A stretch of DNA of 64,000 nt from Candidatus Limnocylindria bacterium (GTDB lineage Bacteria > Chloroflexota > Limnocylindria > QHBO01), in the NCBI GenBank assembly GCA_038248695.1, contig JBBRXE010000001.1:1021-65020 (forward strand), in the 5' to 3' direction. Shown in pieces: positions 20,661 through 29,311 of this stretch. The notes beneath the pieces were generated by a model, which saw only the letters and a list, made by a program, of their open reading frames with translations, had not been told where the DNA came from and searched no databases. Position numbers and translations under genes: made by a program. Position 1 is the first letter of the stretch, and each line of letters begins with the position of its first letter.

Positions 20661-21415
20661 TGTTCGACCTTTCCGGCAAGGTCGCCCTCATCACCGGTGG
20701 GTCGCGCGGTCTGGGAAGGGCAATCGCGCTCGCCTTTGCCGCGCAGGGCGCCGACGTCGCCATCAACTTTCGCGGCAACGCATCGGCTGCGGAGGAGGTT
20801 GCCGTGGCGGCGCGCAACCTGGGGCGCCGCGCACTCACCATCGGTGGAGACACCTCGGCGGGTCGTGAGAGCTGCGAGGCGATCGTTCGCGCGGCGCTCG
20901 ACGAGCTCGGTAGCGTCGACATCCTGGTGAACAACGCCGGCATCACCCGTGACGACCTGCTGATGCGCATGTCCGCCGAGGCCTGGGATGAGGTCATCGC
21001 CACCAACCTTTCGGGCCCCTTCTGGATGACGCGCGCCATCGCCAGACCGATGATGAAGGCGAGATCCGGTCGCATCATCAATATGAGCTCCGCGGCGGGG
21101 CGCATGGGAAACCCCGGCCAGGCGAACTACGCCGCCGCCAAGGCGGGGCTCATCGGCCTGACCAAGACCACCGCTCGCGAGCTGGCCTCGCGCGGAATCA
21201 CCTGCAACGCGCTGGCACCTGGCCTGATCGAGACCGATCTGACCGCGGACTTGCCCGAAGCCGCGAATGTGGCTCTGATGTCGATGACCCCGCTGGGCTA
21301 CATCGGTTCCGTCGACGACGTGGCCGCCGCGGCCGTCTACTTCGCCTCCGACGAGGCGCGCTACGTCACGGGGCAGGTGCTCGGCATCGACGGCGGCATC
21401 GTCATGGGCTCGTGA
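20660..21415 (+). CDS. fabG: 3-oxoacyl-ACP reductase (SDR)
   Basis: ATGA overlap with fabH. TGGSRGLG Rossmann motif, NNAG, and the catalytic …SSAAGRMGNPGQANYAAAKAG… YxxxK motif. Confidence 0.9.
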   Translation: MFDLSGKVALITGGSRGLGRAIALAFAAQGADVAINFRGNASAAEEVAVAARNLGRRALTIGGDTSAGRESCEAIVRAALDELGSVDILVNNAGITRDDLLMRMSAEAWDEVIATNLSGPFWMTRAIARPMMKARSGRIINMSSAAGRMGNPGQANYAAAKAGLIGLTKTTARELASRGITCNALAPGLIETDLTADLPEAANVALMSMTPLGYIGSVDDVAAAAVYFASDEARYVTGQVLGIDGGIVMGS

Positions 21416-21558
21416 CGGTTGGCGCAGTGCGAAGCCCCTTGGTGGTACGCCACTCTCCGACTTGGCAAATGGCGGCGCCGCTCGTAACCGAGTCCAGGCG
21501 CGCCCGAGCAGGTTGACGCGCCGACATCTGTGCTCAACCGTCCGCCGAATCGTGGCCG

Positions 21559-21579
21559 AACCCACCTCGCGAGTGGGTT
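21559..21579. promoter_or_regulatory. Near-perfect 21-bp palindrome (AACCCAC-CTCGCGAG-TGGGTT) in the fabG–sodN intergenic region
   Basis: Outer arms AACCCA/TGGGTT flank the palindromic core CTCGCGAG, with a single unpaired C at the arm/core junction. It could be a terminator of the fab operon or a regulator site. No U-tract follows. Confidence 0.4.
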
Positions 21580-21948
21580 AACGCGTTCCACACCGACATT
21601 TGCGACGTCGGGAGGCGCGCAAGCGGCAGCGCTGCTGCCGGCCCGCCGCGGTTCCGTCAGCCGCCCGTTCTGAGGGCGATAGACGACTGGGTCGGTCGTC
21701 AACGACGCAGTCGCGGCCGATGCTGAGCGTGGCGTGCCGGCCATTCGCCCGCGGCGCCACCGGGTCCTCCGCCTACCGCTCTCACAACATGCATGTGGGG
21801 AAGCGGGCGGTCGGGCACGGCGTCCCCTGCATCGGCCCGTGCGTTGGTTGCGCGCTGACCGCCTGGCGCCCTCGGTGGCCCGGGCAGGCCACTTGCTGCA
21901 CAATGGGAGACAACCCCAGTGCATCCGACCGAACGAAGGAGAACCTGC

Positions 21949-22380
21949 ATGCTGACGCTGCGCTCAATCCTGCGCCCGACCCGCGTGGTCGACGCTCATT
22001 GCGACATCCCGTGTGGTATCTACGACCCCGCCCAGGCGCGGATCGAGGCCGAATCGGTTTACAACATCATCAAGAAGTACAACGCCAGCGATGACGAGGT
22101 CTTCCGCACGCGCTGCATCGCCGTCAAGGAAGAGCGCGCCGAACTTGCCAAGCACCATATCGATGTGCTGTGGAGCGATTACTTCAAGCCGGAGCACCTC
22201 GACAAGTTCCCGGACCTGCAGGACGTCTGCTGGAAGGCCGCCAAGCAGGCGTCCGAGGTGAAGCACACGGTCAACCTCGATGACGCCACGAAGCTGCTCG
22301 ACATGATCGACAAGATCGATGAGATGTGGCGGGCCAGCGGCGGACCGGAGAAGACGCGCCTGCAGGCGCAGACCGCCTGA
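21949..22380 (+). CDS. sodN: Nickel-containing superoxide dismutase precursor
   Basis: AAGGAG RBS about 8 nt upstream. A pro-peptide is followed by the Ni-hook HCDIPCGIYDPAQARIEAESV; downstream …ELAKHHIDVLWSDYFKP… matches Streptomyces NiSOD. Confidence 0.9.
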   Translation: MLTLRSILRPTRVVDAHCDIPCGIYDPAQARIEAESVYNIIKKYNASDDEVFRTRCIAVKEERAELAKHHIDVLWSDYFKPEHLDKFPDLQDVCWKAAKQASEVKHTVNLDDATKLLDMIDKIDEMWRASGGPEKTRLQAQTA

Positions 22381-22385
22381 GACAG

Positions 22386-22892
22386 ATGCGCACGCGGAGG
22401 GGCCGGTATCGGCCCCTCCTCTTTCTATTCGGAATCGTGGCAGCCCTCGGCTATGTCGCTTCGCGCTGGACCGATGCCGTCGCCGTGCGCGGCTCGTCCA
22501 TGGCGCCGACGCTCGAACCCGGTGACCTGCTGCTCGTCGAGCGTTGGACGCTGGTGCGGCGTGCTCCGCGCGTCGGCGATGTCGTGCTGGCGCGCGACCC
22601 ACGCGATGCGGCACGTGAGCTGATCAAGCGCGTCTCCACCGTCGGTCCGGGTCACGTCGAGCTGCGTGGGGACGGCGCCGCGAGTACCGACTCGCGCGTC
22701 TTTGGTGACGTGCCGTTGGATGCCGTTGCGTGGCGCGTCGCTTTCCGCTACTGGCCGCCCAATCGCTTCGGCATGCTGCCACCTGCGCGCAAGTCGACAC
22801 CATCACGGCAACTCGAGCCGCAGGGCGGTGAGCCGGCGTGCAGCACCTTCGGCGACCTCGTCGTCGGCGGCGAGGGCGCAGCCGAGGCCTAG
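22386..22892 (+). CDS. sodX: S26-family signal peptidase, NiSOD maturation protease
   Basis: Starts 6 nt after sodN. Single TM, then the S26 catalytic Ser box …RGSSMAPTL… and the Lys box …IKRV…. Position after sodN is as in known sodN–sodX pairs. Confidence 0.75.
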   Translation: MRTRRGRYRPLLFLFGIVAALGYVASRWTDAVAVRGSSMAPTLEPGDLLLVERWTLVRRAPRVGDVVLARDPRDAARELIKRVSTVGPGHVELRGDGAASTDSRVFGDVPLDAVAWRVAFRYWPPNRFGMLPPARKSTPSRQLEPQGGEPACSTFGDLVVGGEGAAEA

Positions 22893-22906
22893 CCTCGAGG
22901 CCGGCG

Positions 22907-23266
22907 CTATCCGCAGCCGCAGAGCGTGGCCACTGCCGCGACGCAGTCTGCCCGGTCGGCCGGCAGCAGCTCGACACGCGGCCCGGCCTCCGTCGCAACG
23001 AGATACTCGACGCCGGCCGTCGGACGCACCGAGATTCGTGCCTCGGGTGAGCGGCGCCGCAGGAACTCGATGACAGGCCCAAGACCAGCGTCGCCGTACT
23101 CCTCGCGGATGGCGCCGGTGTCGACCACGACCAGCTGCGGGGGACGCAGGGTCACGGCCTGGTGCAGCCGCGCGGCATCGTTGTAGAAGAAGACGATGGC
23201 GCCCAGCAGCCGCTCATCCAGCGCGACGGCCAGCTCGCGGTCGCGGGTGAGGCAGTAAATGGTCAT
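22907..23266 (-). CDS. Hypothetical protein, possibly a degenerate receiver-like domain
   Basis: Convergent with sodX. …PQLVVVDTGAI…GDAGLGPVIEFLRR… is loosely CheY-like but lacks the N-terminal acidic pair; C-terminus …TLCGCG. Start is set at an internal Met; the ORF track extends to 23329. Weak support. Confidence 0.3.
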   Translation of the reverse strand: MTIYCLTRDRELAVALDERLLGAIVFFYNDAARLHQAVTLRPPQLVVVDTGAIREEYGDAGLGPVIEFLRRRSPEARISVRPTAGVEYLVATEAGPRVELLPADRADCVAAVATLCGCG

Positions 23267-23327
23267 GGGCATGCCCCCTGAGCCTAGCATCGGCGTGGTA
23301 AGGGCCGATGGGTACAATGAACATCCC

Positions 23328-24287
23328 ATGGCCTCCCTGACACCCGTTCACACCGATGACGCGCGCAACTTGACCGGCCGCCATCAGGCGCTCGGCAGTC
23401 TGCTCGGCCGCGTGTGGCCGGTCGACCAGGTCGGCGTCGAGGAGCGTGCCGCGAGCCTCGCCAAGCGCAGCATCAAGCGCGAGTCGAAGCTGTGGGCGCT
23501 CGACATGGTCGTCCGCATGATGGATCTCACGACGCTCGAGGGCAAGGACACGCCGGGCAAGGTCCGCGCGCTGGCCGGGAAGGCGCGCCGTCCGGATCCG
23601 ACGGATCCGTCGATCCCCAGTGTCGCGGCACTCTGCGTCTATCCGAACCTGATTCCCGCGGCGCGCGAGGCGTTAAAGGGGTCGACGGTCAAGATTGCCA
23701 GCGTCGCCACGTACTTCCCGAGCGGCCAGGCGTCGCTCGACGTCAAGCTCAACGACGTGCGCGACGCCGTCGCCATGGGTGCCGACGAGATCGACATGGT
23801 GATCGATCGCGGTGCATTCCTGTCCGGCGCGTACGCGAAGGTCTACGACGAGATCACCGCGGTCAAGGAGGCCTGTGGCGAGGCACACCTGAAGGTCATC
23901 CTGGAGACCGGCGAGCTGGAGACCTACGACAACGTGCGTCGCGCATCGGTCCTGGCCATGGCGGCCGGAGCCGACTTCATCAAGACCAGCACCGGTAAGG
24001 TGCAGCCGGCCGCCACCCTGTCGGTCACGCTCGTCATGCTCGAGGCCATCCGCGACTTTCATGCTCAGACCGGCCGCGCGGTGGGTATGAAGTCGGCCGG
24101 CGGGATCCGCACCGCCAAGGAGGCGATTTCGTACCTCACGATGCTGTACGAGACGCTCGGTCCCGAGTGGATGACCCCGGACCGTTTCCGTTTCGGCGCC
24201 TCCAGCCTGCTCAACGACGTGCTCATGCAGATCCGCAAGGAGCGCACCGGCCGCTACAGCGGCGGCGACTACTTCACCCTCGACTAG
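23328..24287 (+). CDS. deoC: Deoxyribose-phosphate aldolase (long form)
   Basis: …IDMVIDRGAF… and …LKVILETGEL… are present, and the Schiff-base Lys region is …ADFIKTSTGKV…. Start at MASLTPV; the ORF track offers an upstream alternative at 23259. Confidence 0.8.
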   Translation: MASLTPVHTDDARNLTGRHQALGSLLGRVWPVDQVGVEERAASLAKRSIKRESKLWALDMVVRMMDLTTLEGKDTPGKVRALAGKARRPDPTDPSIPSVAALCVYPNLIPAAREALKGSTVKIASVATYFPSGQASLDVKLNDVRDAVAMGADEIDMVIDRGAFLSGAYAKVYDEITAVKEACGEAHLKVILETGELETYDNVRRASVLAMAAGADFIKTSTGKVQPAATLSVTLVMLEAIRDFHAQTGRAVGMKSAGGIRTAKEAISYLTMLYETLGPEWMTPDRFRFGASSLLNDVLMQIRKERTGRYSGGDYFTLD

Positions 24288-24292
24288 ACCCC

Positions 24293-24973
24293 ATGCAGGT
24301 ATCGCCGCGCACCATTGCCGTCTGGTCCGATCTCGGCTGCCCGTGGGCGCACGCCGCCGTGTGGCGGCTGCACGAGGCGCGACGCCGCCTTGGCCTGACC
24401 GATGCCGTCCGCTTCGAGCATCACGCCCTCCCACTCGAGCTGTTCAACTCGGCGCCGACGCCGCGGCGTGAGCTCGAAGCCGAGTGGCCGGTCGTCGCCG
24501 CCCTTGCGCCGCGCGCCGGCTGGCGCGCATGGTCGTCGCCTGCCGAAGCCTGGCCCGTCACCATGCTGCCGCCGATGGAGGCGGTGCAGGCAGCTGCCAT
24601 CCAGTCGCCGCTCGCCGCCGAGGAACTGGACCGCGGACTGCGCCGTGCGTTCTGGGGCGAGTCGCGCTGCATCAGCCTGCGCCACGTCATCCTGGAGGTC
24701 GCCAACGCGTGCGGCGGCGTGGACGTTGCCGCGCTGGCCGCCGTACTGGACAGTGGTCGGGCACGCACACGCATCTTCGACGACTGGGAGATCGCCAAGG
24801 GCGATGAGGTGGCTGGCTCGCCGCATCTCTTCTTGCCGGACGGCTCTAGCGTGCAGAACCCCGGCGTCGAGATGCACTGGGAGGGCGATGACGGCCAGGG
24901 CGGCGGGTTCCCGGTCATCGACCGCGACGATCCATCGACCTACGATCGAATTGTCCGGGCCGCCGCTTCGTGA
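24293..24973 (+). CDS. DsbA-like thioredoxin-fold protein (FrnE-type dithiol-disulfide isomerase)
   Basis: …IAVWSDLGCPWAHAA… is a CPxH/CPW redox motif near the N-terminus, as in the DSBA oxidoreductase family. Start at MQVSPRT, just after the deoC stop. Confidence 0.75.
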   Translation: MQVSPRTIAVWSDLGCPWAHAAVWRLHEARRRLGLTDAVRFEHHALPLELFNSAPTPRRELEAEWPVVAALAPRAGWRAWSSPAEAWPVTMLPPMEAVQAAAIQSPLAAEELDRGLRRAFWGESRCISLRHVILEVANACGGVDVAALAAVLDSGRARTRIFDDWEIAKGDEVAGSPHLFLPDGSSVQNPGVEMHWEGDDGQGGGFPVIDRDDPSTYDRIVRAAAS

Positions 24974-25138
24974 CCGGAGAGCGCGGATCGGGGCAAGCCA
25001 CTGCGCACGTTCGGGGGCCGGCGTGGTTCGAGATCTCCGGGCGCTCATCACTGACCGGCTGTGGACGGAACTCGCGACCGACGCTGGCGTAGAGCTGGTC
25101 CGCCAGACGACTCACGAAACGACGAGAGCGAACGTTGT

Positions 25139-25609
25139 ATGTGTGTGCACCCTCCGCCGTTCCAGCTCCTGATCGACGAGCATGCCTCCGAGCTGCATCG
25201 GTTCCTGACCGCCTGCGTCGGCCCGATCGAGGCGGACGACTGCCTGCAGGAGACGCTGATCTCGGCGTTGCGCACGTATCCGAACCTGCGCCACGCCGAC
25301 AACCTGCGCGGCTGGCTGTTCACCATCGCGCATCACAAGGCGACCGATGCCGTCCGTCGCAGTGTTCGCCATGCCGTCGGAGGCCTGGACGGCGTCGAGC
25401 CGTCGGTCGCGCCATCACCGACTGCCGACGACGAGCTGTGGGGTGCCGTGCGGTCGCTGCCGTTGAAGCAGCGCGCGGCCGTGGTGCATCGGTATGTCTT
25501 CGACCTGGCCTATCGCGAGATCGGCGAGCGAATGGGCGTCAGCGAGGAGGCCGCGAGACAGAACGTCAGCGCCGGCGTGCGCCGGCTGCGCCAGGAGGTG
25601 AACCGATGA
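25139..25609 (+). CDS. ECF-type RNA polymerase sigma factor
   Basis: Region 2 (…DDCLQETLISALRTYPNLRHADNLRGWLFTIAHH…) and region 4 (…LPLKQRAAVVHRYVFDLAYREIGERMGVSEEAARQNV…) are present. Confidence 0.75.
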   Translation: MCVHPPPFQLLIDEHASELHRFLTACVGPIEADDCLQETLISALRTYPNLRHADNLRGWLFTIAHHKATDAVRRSVRHAVGGLDGVEPSVAPSPTADDELWGAVRSLPLKQRAAVVHRYVFDLAYREIGERMGVSEEAARQNVSAGVRRLRQEVNR

Positions 25610-26196
25610 ATGAGCTCGAACGCCTGGCCGGCCTGGAGACCGATGCGACGGCGGCCGTGGCCGCATTCCGGCAGCGGGCCGCTGCCGAGGGCCTGCTGGA
25701 CGTCGCCTACGCCGACCTCGACTCACCGATGGGTGCGCTGAGCGTCTTCGTCACGCCAGTTGGTCTCGTCCGTCTCGCGTACGGTCGCGCCCAGGACGAG
25801 CTGGGAGACCTCGCCGAGCGGCTCTCGCCGCGTATCATCGCGGCCCCGGAGCGGACCGATGCGGTCCGTCGCGAGTTGGAGGAGTACCTCGCCGGACAGC
25901 GTGGCGCCTTCGATGCGCCGGTCGACTGGTCCCTGATGCGTGGTTTCGCCAATGCGGTGCTGCGGGCGACGGCTCGGATCCCATTCGGCAGCGTCTCGAC
26001 TTACCGCAAGATCGCCACCGAGGCTGGATCGCCGAACGCCTACCGGGCGGCGGGCAATGCCCTGGGCTCGAATCCGGTGCCCATCGTGGTGCCCTGCCAT
26101 CGCGTGCTGCACGCCGGTGGGGGACTGGGCGGCTACACCGGTGGCCTCGAGCGCAAGCGATTCCTGCTGCGCCTGGAGGGCGTCCTCGGGGAGTAG
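25606..26196 (+). CDS. ogt: Methylated-DNA--protein-cysteine methyltransferase
   Basis: ATGA overlap with the sigma gene. The active site is …VPCHRVL…, with …FGSVSTYRKIA… and …GLERKRFLL…. Confidence 0.85.
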   Translation: MNELERLAGLETDATAAVAAFRQRAAAEGLLDVAYADLDSPMGALSVFVTPVGLVRLAYGRAQDELGDLAERLSPRIIAAPERTDAVRRELEEYLAGQRGAFDAPVDWSLMRGFANAVLRATARIPFGSVSTYRKIATEAGSPNAYRAAGNALGSNPVPIVVPCHRVLHAGGGLGGYTGGLERKRFLLRLEGVLGE

Positions 26197-26228
26197 GCGT
26201 TCTCGGGGAGTGAGAAGCGACGCGAGAC

Positions 26229-29200
26229 ATGTCCCAGTGGCATTCCGGCGTTAGACTCGCCGCCGTGACGGTATGTGCAGCGTGCAGCCGCGAGAGCCCC
26301 GCAGATTTCGGCTTCTGTCCTTCGTGCGGTGCGCCGTTGAGCAACGCGACGACCCCACGCGAAGTGCGCAAGGTCGTGACCATCCTGTTCTGTGACCTGA
26401 TCGGGTCGACCGCGCTCGGTGATCAGACGGATCCGGAGACGCTGCGCGTGCTGATGCGGCGCTATTACGAGACCGCCAGGGGCGTGCTCGAGCGACACGG
26501 CGGAACGGTCGAGAAGTTCGTGGGCGATGCGGTGATGGCGGTCTTCGGCATCCCGGTCGCCACCGAGAACGATGCCCTGCGGGCGGTGCGTGCCGCGGTC
26601 GAGCTGCGCGACACGGTGCACGAGCTCGGCCTGGAGGCCCGCATCGGGGTGAACACCGGCGAAGTGGTGTCGGGCGAGGGTGACACCCTGGTGACCGGCG
26701 ATGCCGTGAACGTGGCCGCCCGACTGGAGCAGGTGGCGAGTGGTGGCGATGTGCTGCTCGGGGGCCATACGCTCGAACTCGTTCGCGACGCGGTCCAGGC
26801 GGAGCCGGTCGAGCTGACGCTCAAGGGCAAGGCAACGACGGTCATCGCCCATCGCCTGCTCGCGTTGGATATCGTGGCTGCCGGCGTCGCTCGCCGCCTC
26901 GATCGGGTCATGATCGGCCGCGAGCGGGAGCGCCAGCGCCTGCGTGCCGATTTCGCCGACGCAGCCGCGGCGCGCACGAGCCGCCTCTTCACGCTGATTG
27001 GCCCCGCGGGCGTCGGCAAATCGCGTCTTGTTTTGGACTTCCTGGAGCATGTCGGTGATCACGCGACGATTGCTCGTGGCCGCGCCCTGTCGTACGGCGA
27101 GGGGATCACCTATTGGCCGCTGATTGAGATCTTGGCGCAGCTCGGCATCGACGCCGGCGAGGCCATCCGCTCATCCGAGGCCGATACGCAGCTCGCGACG
27201 CGGGCGCTTCTCGAGCGCGTCGCCGAAGATCGGCCCCTCGTCCTGGTCCTCGACGACCTGCAGTGGGCAGAACCGCCGCTGCTTGACTTGATCGAGCACA
27301 TCGCCGATTGGTCGCGCGAGGCGCCGATCTTCCTGCTCTGCATCGCGAGGCCGGAGCTGCTCGATGCCCGATCCGGTTGGGGCGGCGGTAAGCTCAACGC
27401 GACGTCGATCCTGCTCGAGCCCCTGGGGTCCACGGAGGCGATCGCACTCGCCGACGAGCTCCTGGCGGACATCAAGCTGCCTTCCGACGTGCGCGACCGT
27501 ATCCTGGAGATCGCTGAGGGTAACCCGCTCTTCCTCGAGGAGATGGCGGCGCTGGCACGCGATGGACCGCAGGTGGTCACCGTCCCGGCGACGATCCACG
27601 CCGTCCTGCAGGCGCGCCTTGATACCTTGACCGAGGCGGAGCGCGCGGTCATCGAGCGCGGCGCCGTCGAAGGGAAGGTGTTCCACCGCGGCTCGGTGAC
27701 GGCACTGGCGCCCGTGCCCGACCGAGCGCATGTCCCTGCCGACCTGCTGGCGCTGGTGCGCAAGGAGCTGGTGCGTCCCGACCGATCGCGATTCAGCAAT
27801 GATGACGCCTTTCGTTTTCGCCACCTCCTGATCCGCGACACGGCATATGAATCGCTGCCGAAGTCGGTTCGCGCGGATCTTCACGAGCGGTTCGCGACCT
27901 GGCTCGACAGGCAGGTCGGACTGGCTGAGCGCGATGAGATCGTCGGCTATCACCTCGAACGGGCGGCCACCTACCTGCGCGAGCTGGATCCCGCATCGAT
28001 CAAGGCCGGCACGCTGGGAGAACAGGCCGCCGCACGCCTGGGGACGGCCGGATCGGCTGCCTACGAACGTGGCGACCTGCACGCCGCCCGCAACCTGCTG
28101 GGCCGCGCCATCGCCGTGCTTCCCGAGGGACCGCAGCGACGCCACCTCCTGCCGGACATGATCGAGGCGCTCGACACGGCAGGAGAACGTGATGCGGCGC
28201 TCGAGCTCGTCGGCGAGCTCGAGCATGGCGACGCGGCCGACCGAGCGCGTGCGATGGTCCTCCAGCTGCTGATCGACCCGCTCAGTCGACGACGTTCCAT
28301 TCCGGATCTGCTCAGCGACCTGGCCGATGCCCAGCATGAGCTGCGCGATGCGGGTGACGTGCTCGACATCGTTCGCTGCGAGCGCGCTCGCGGCTCGCTC
28401 AACTGGGCGGCCTGTCGCGCCGACGAGGCGCACGCGGCATATCGCCGCGCGTATGACCTGCTTCAGGACCTCGGGCGACCCGCCCTGCAGCGCGATGTGG
28501 ACGAACGTCTCAGCGGCACGAGCTTCTTCAGCGGTGCTTCCCTGGATGAGGTGCGTGCACTCATCGACCGCATCTCCTCTGATCTGCTGCCCGATGGTGG
28601 GCCACTCCTGGCCGCCAGCCTGGCATTCAGCCGTTCGCGCACGGACTACATGTCTGGTCAGATCGACGCCGATGCGGCTCGACAGGCTCTCGAGCACCTG
28701 GCCCAGTTGCTCGGCGAGGTCGGTTCGGAACGCGGCCAGCTCGCGGTGCGGTCATTCCTGCTCGTGATTGCGGATCAGGAGGGGGACGCTGCGGAGGCAG
28801 AACGCATCAGCCGCGAGCTCGTGGCCGCTCATGAACGACTGAATAACCTCTACGTGCTTGCCGACGCCCTGGCCAGCTGGTCCCTGAGCCTGAGCCGCTT
28901 GGGCGATGCTGACGGTGCGCTGCGGGCCGTCGCGCGCGGGCGGGAGCTGGTCCGCGCCGAGGACATCGCCGACCAGATCAACCTCGACCTCGCCGCGGCG
29001 CGCGCCATGGCCGCCAGTGGCGACCACGCGCGGGCGCGCCGCCTCGTCGACCGCGCGCGACGTACCGGCGAGGGGATGGTGATGGTTCCGCTTTCGTATC
29101 AGATCGAGGGCATCGACGCCGAGGTGCGGCATCTCGCCGGGGACGTGACCGGCGCTGAGGCCATCGCACGCAAGCTCATCGAGGAACAGGCGAGCCGTGG

Positions 29201-29273
29201 CGCGCTGCGTATGGTGGCGACCTGGCGCCGCCGGCTCGGCTTCGCCGAACCGAAGGCGACTCATCCGGCCTGA
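26229..29273 (+). CDS. Zinc-ribbon + class III adenylate/guanylate cyclase + AAA/STAND NTPase + TPR-like multidomain regulator
   Basis: N-terminal CxxC-x10-CxxC ribbon. Cyclase core: …VTILFCDLIGSTAL…VEKFVGDAVMAVFG…RIGVNTGEVV…. P-loop …LIGPAGVGKSRL… with …LVLDDLQWAE…, then a helical repeat region of about 600 aa. Confidence 0.85.
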   Translation: MSQWHSGVRLAAVTVCAACSRESPADFGFCPSCGAPLSNATTPREVRKVVTILFCDLIGSTALGDQTDPETLRVLMRRYYETARGVLERHGGTVEKFVGDAVMAVFGIPVATENDALRAVRAAVELRDTVHELGLEARIGVNTGEVVSGEGDTLVTGDAVNVAARLEQVASGGDVLLGGHTLELVRDAVQAEPVELTLKGKATTVIAHRLLALDIVAAGVARRLDRVMIGRERERQRLRADFADAAAARTSRLFTLIGPAGVGKSRLVLDFLEHVGDHATIARGRALSYGEGITYWPLIEILAQLGIDAGEAIRSSEADTQLATRALLERVAEDRPLVLVLDDLQWAEPPLLDLIEHIADWSREAPIFLLCIARPELLDARSGWGGGKLNATSILLEPLGSTEAIALADELLADIKLPSDVRDRILEIAEGNPLFLEEMAALARDGPQVVTVPATIHAVLQARLDTLTEAERAVIERGAVEGKVFHRGSVTALAPVPDRAHVPADLLALVRKELVRPDRSRFSNDDAFRFRHLLIRDTAYESLPKSVRADLHERFATWLDRQVGLAERDEIVGYHLERAATYLRELDPASIKAGTLGEQAAARLGTAGSAAYERGDLHAARNLLGRAIAVLPEGPQRRHLLPDMIEALDTAGERDAALELVGELEHGDAADRARAMVLQLLIDPLSRRRSIPDLLSDLADAQHELRDAGDVLDIVRCERARGSLNWAACRADEAHAAYRRAYDLLQDLGRPALQRDVDERLSGTSFFSGASLDEVRALIDRISSDLLPDGGPLLAASLAFSRSRTDYMSGQIDADAARQALEHLAQLLGEVGSERGQLAVRSFLLVIADQEGDAAEAERISRELVAAHERLNNLYVLADALASWSLSLSRLGDADGALRAVARGRELVRAEDIADQINLDLAAARAMAASGDHARARRLVDRARRTGEGMVMVPLSYQIEGIDAEVRHLAGDVTGAEAIARKLIEEQASRGALRMVATWRRRLGFAEPKATHPA

Positions 29274-29311
29274 GCAATGCCGCGGGGAGTACATGCGATA
29301 ATCGAGGCCAC

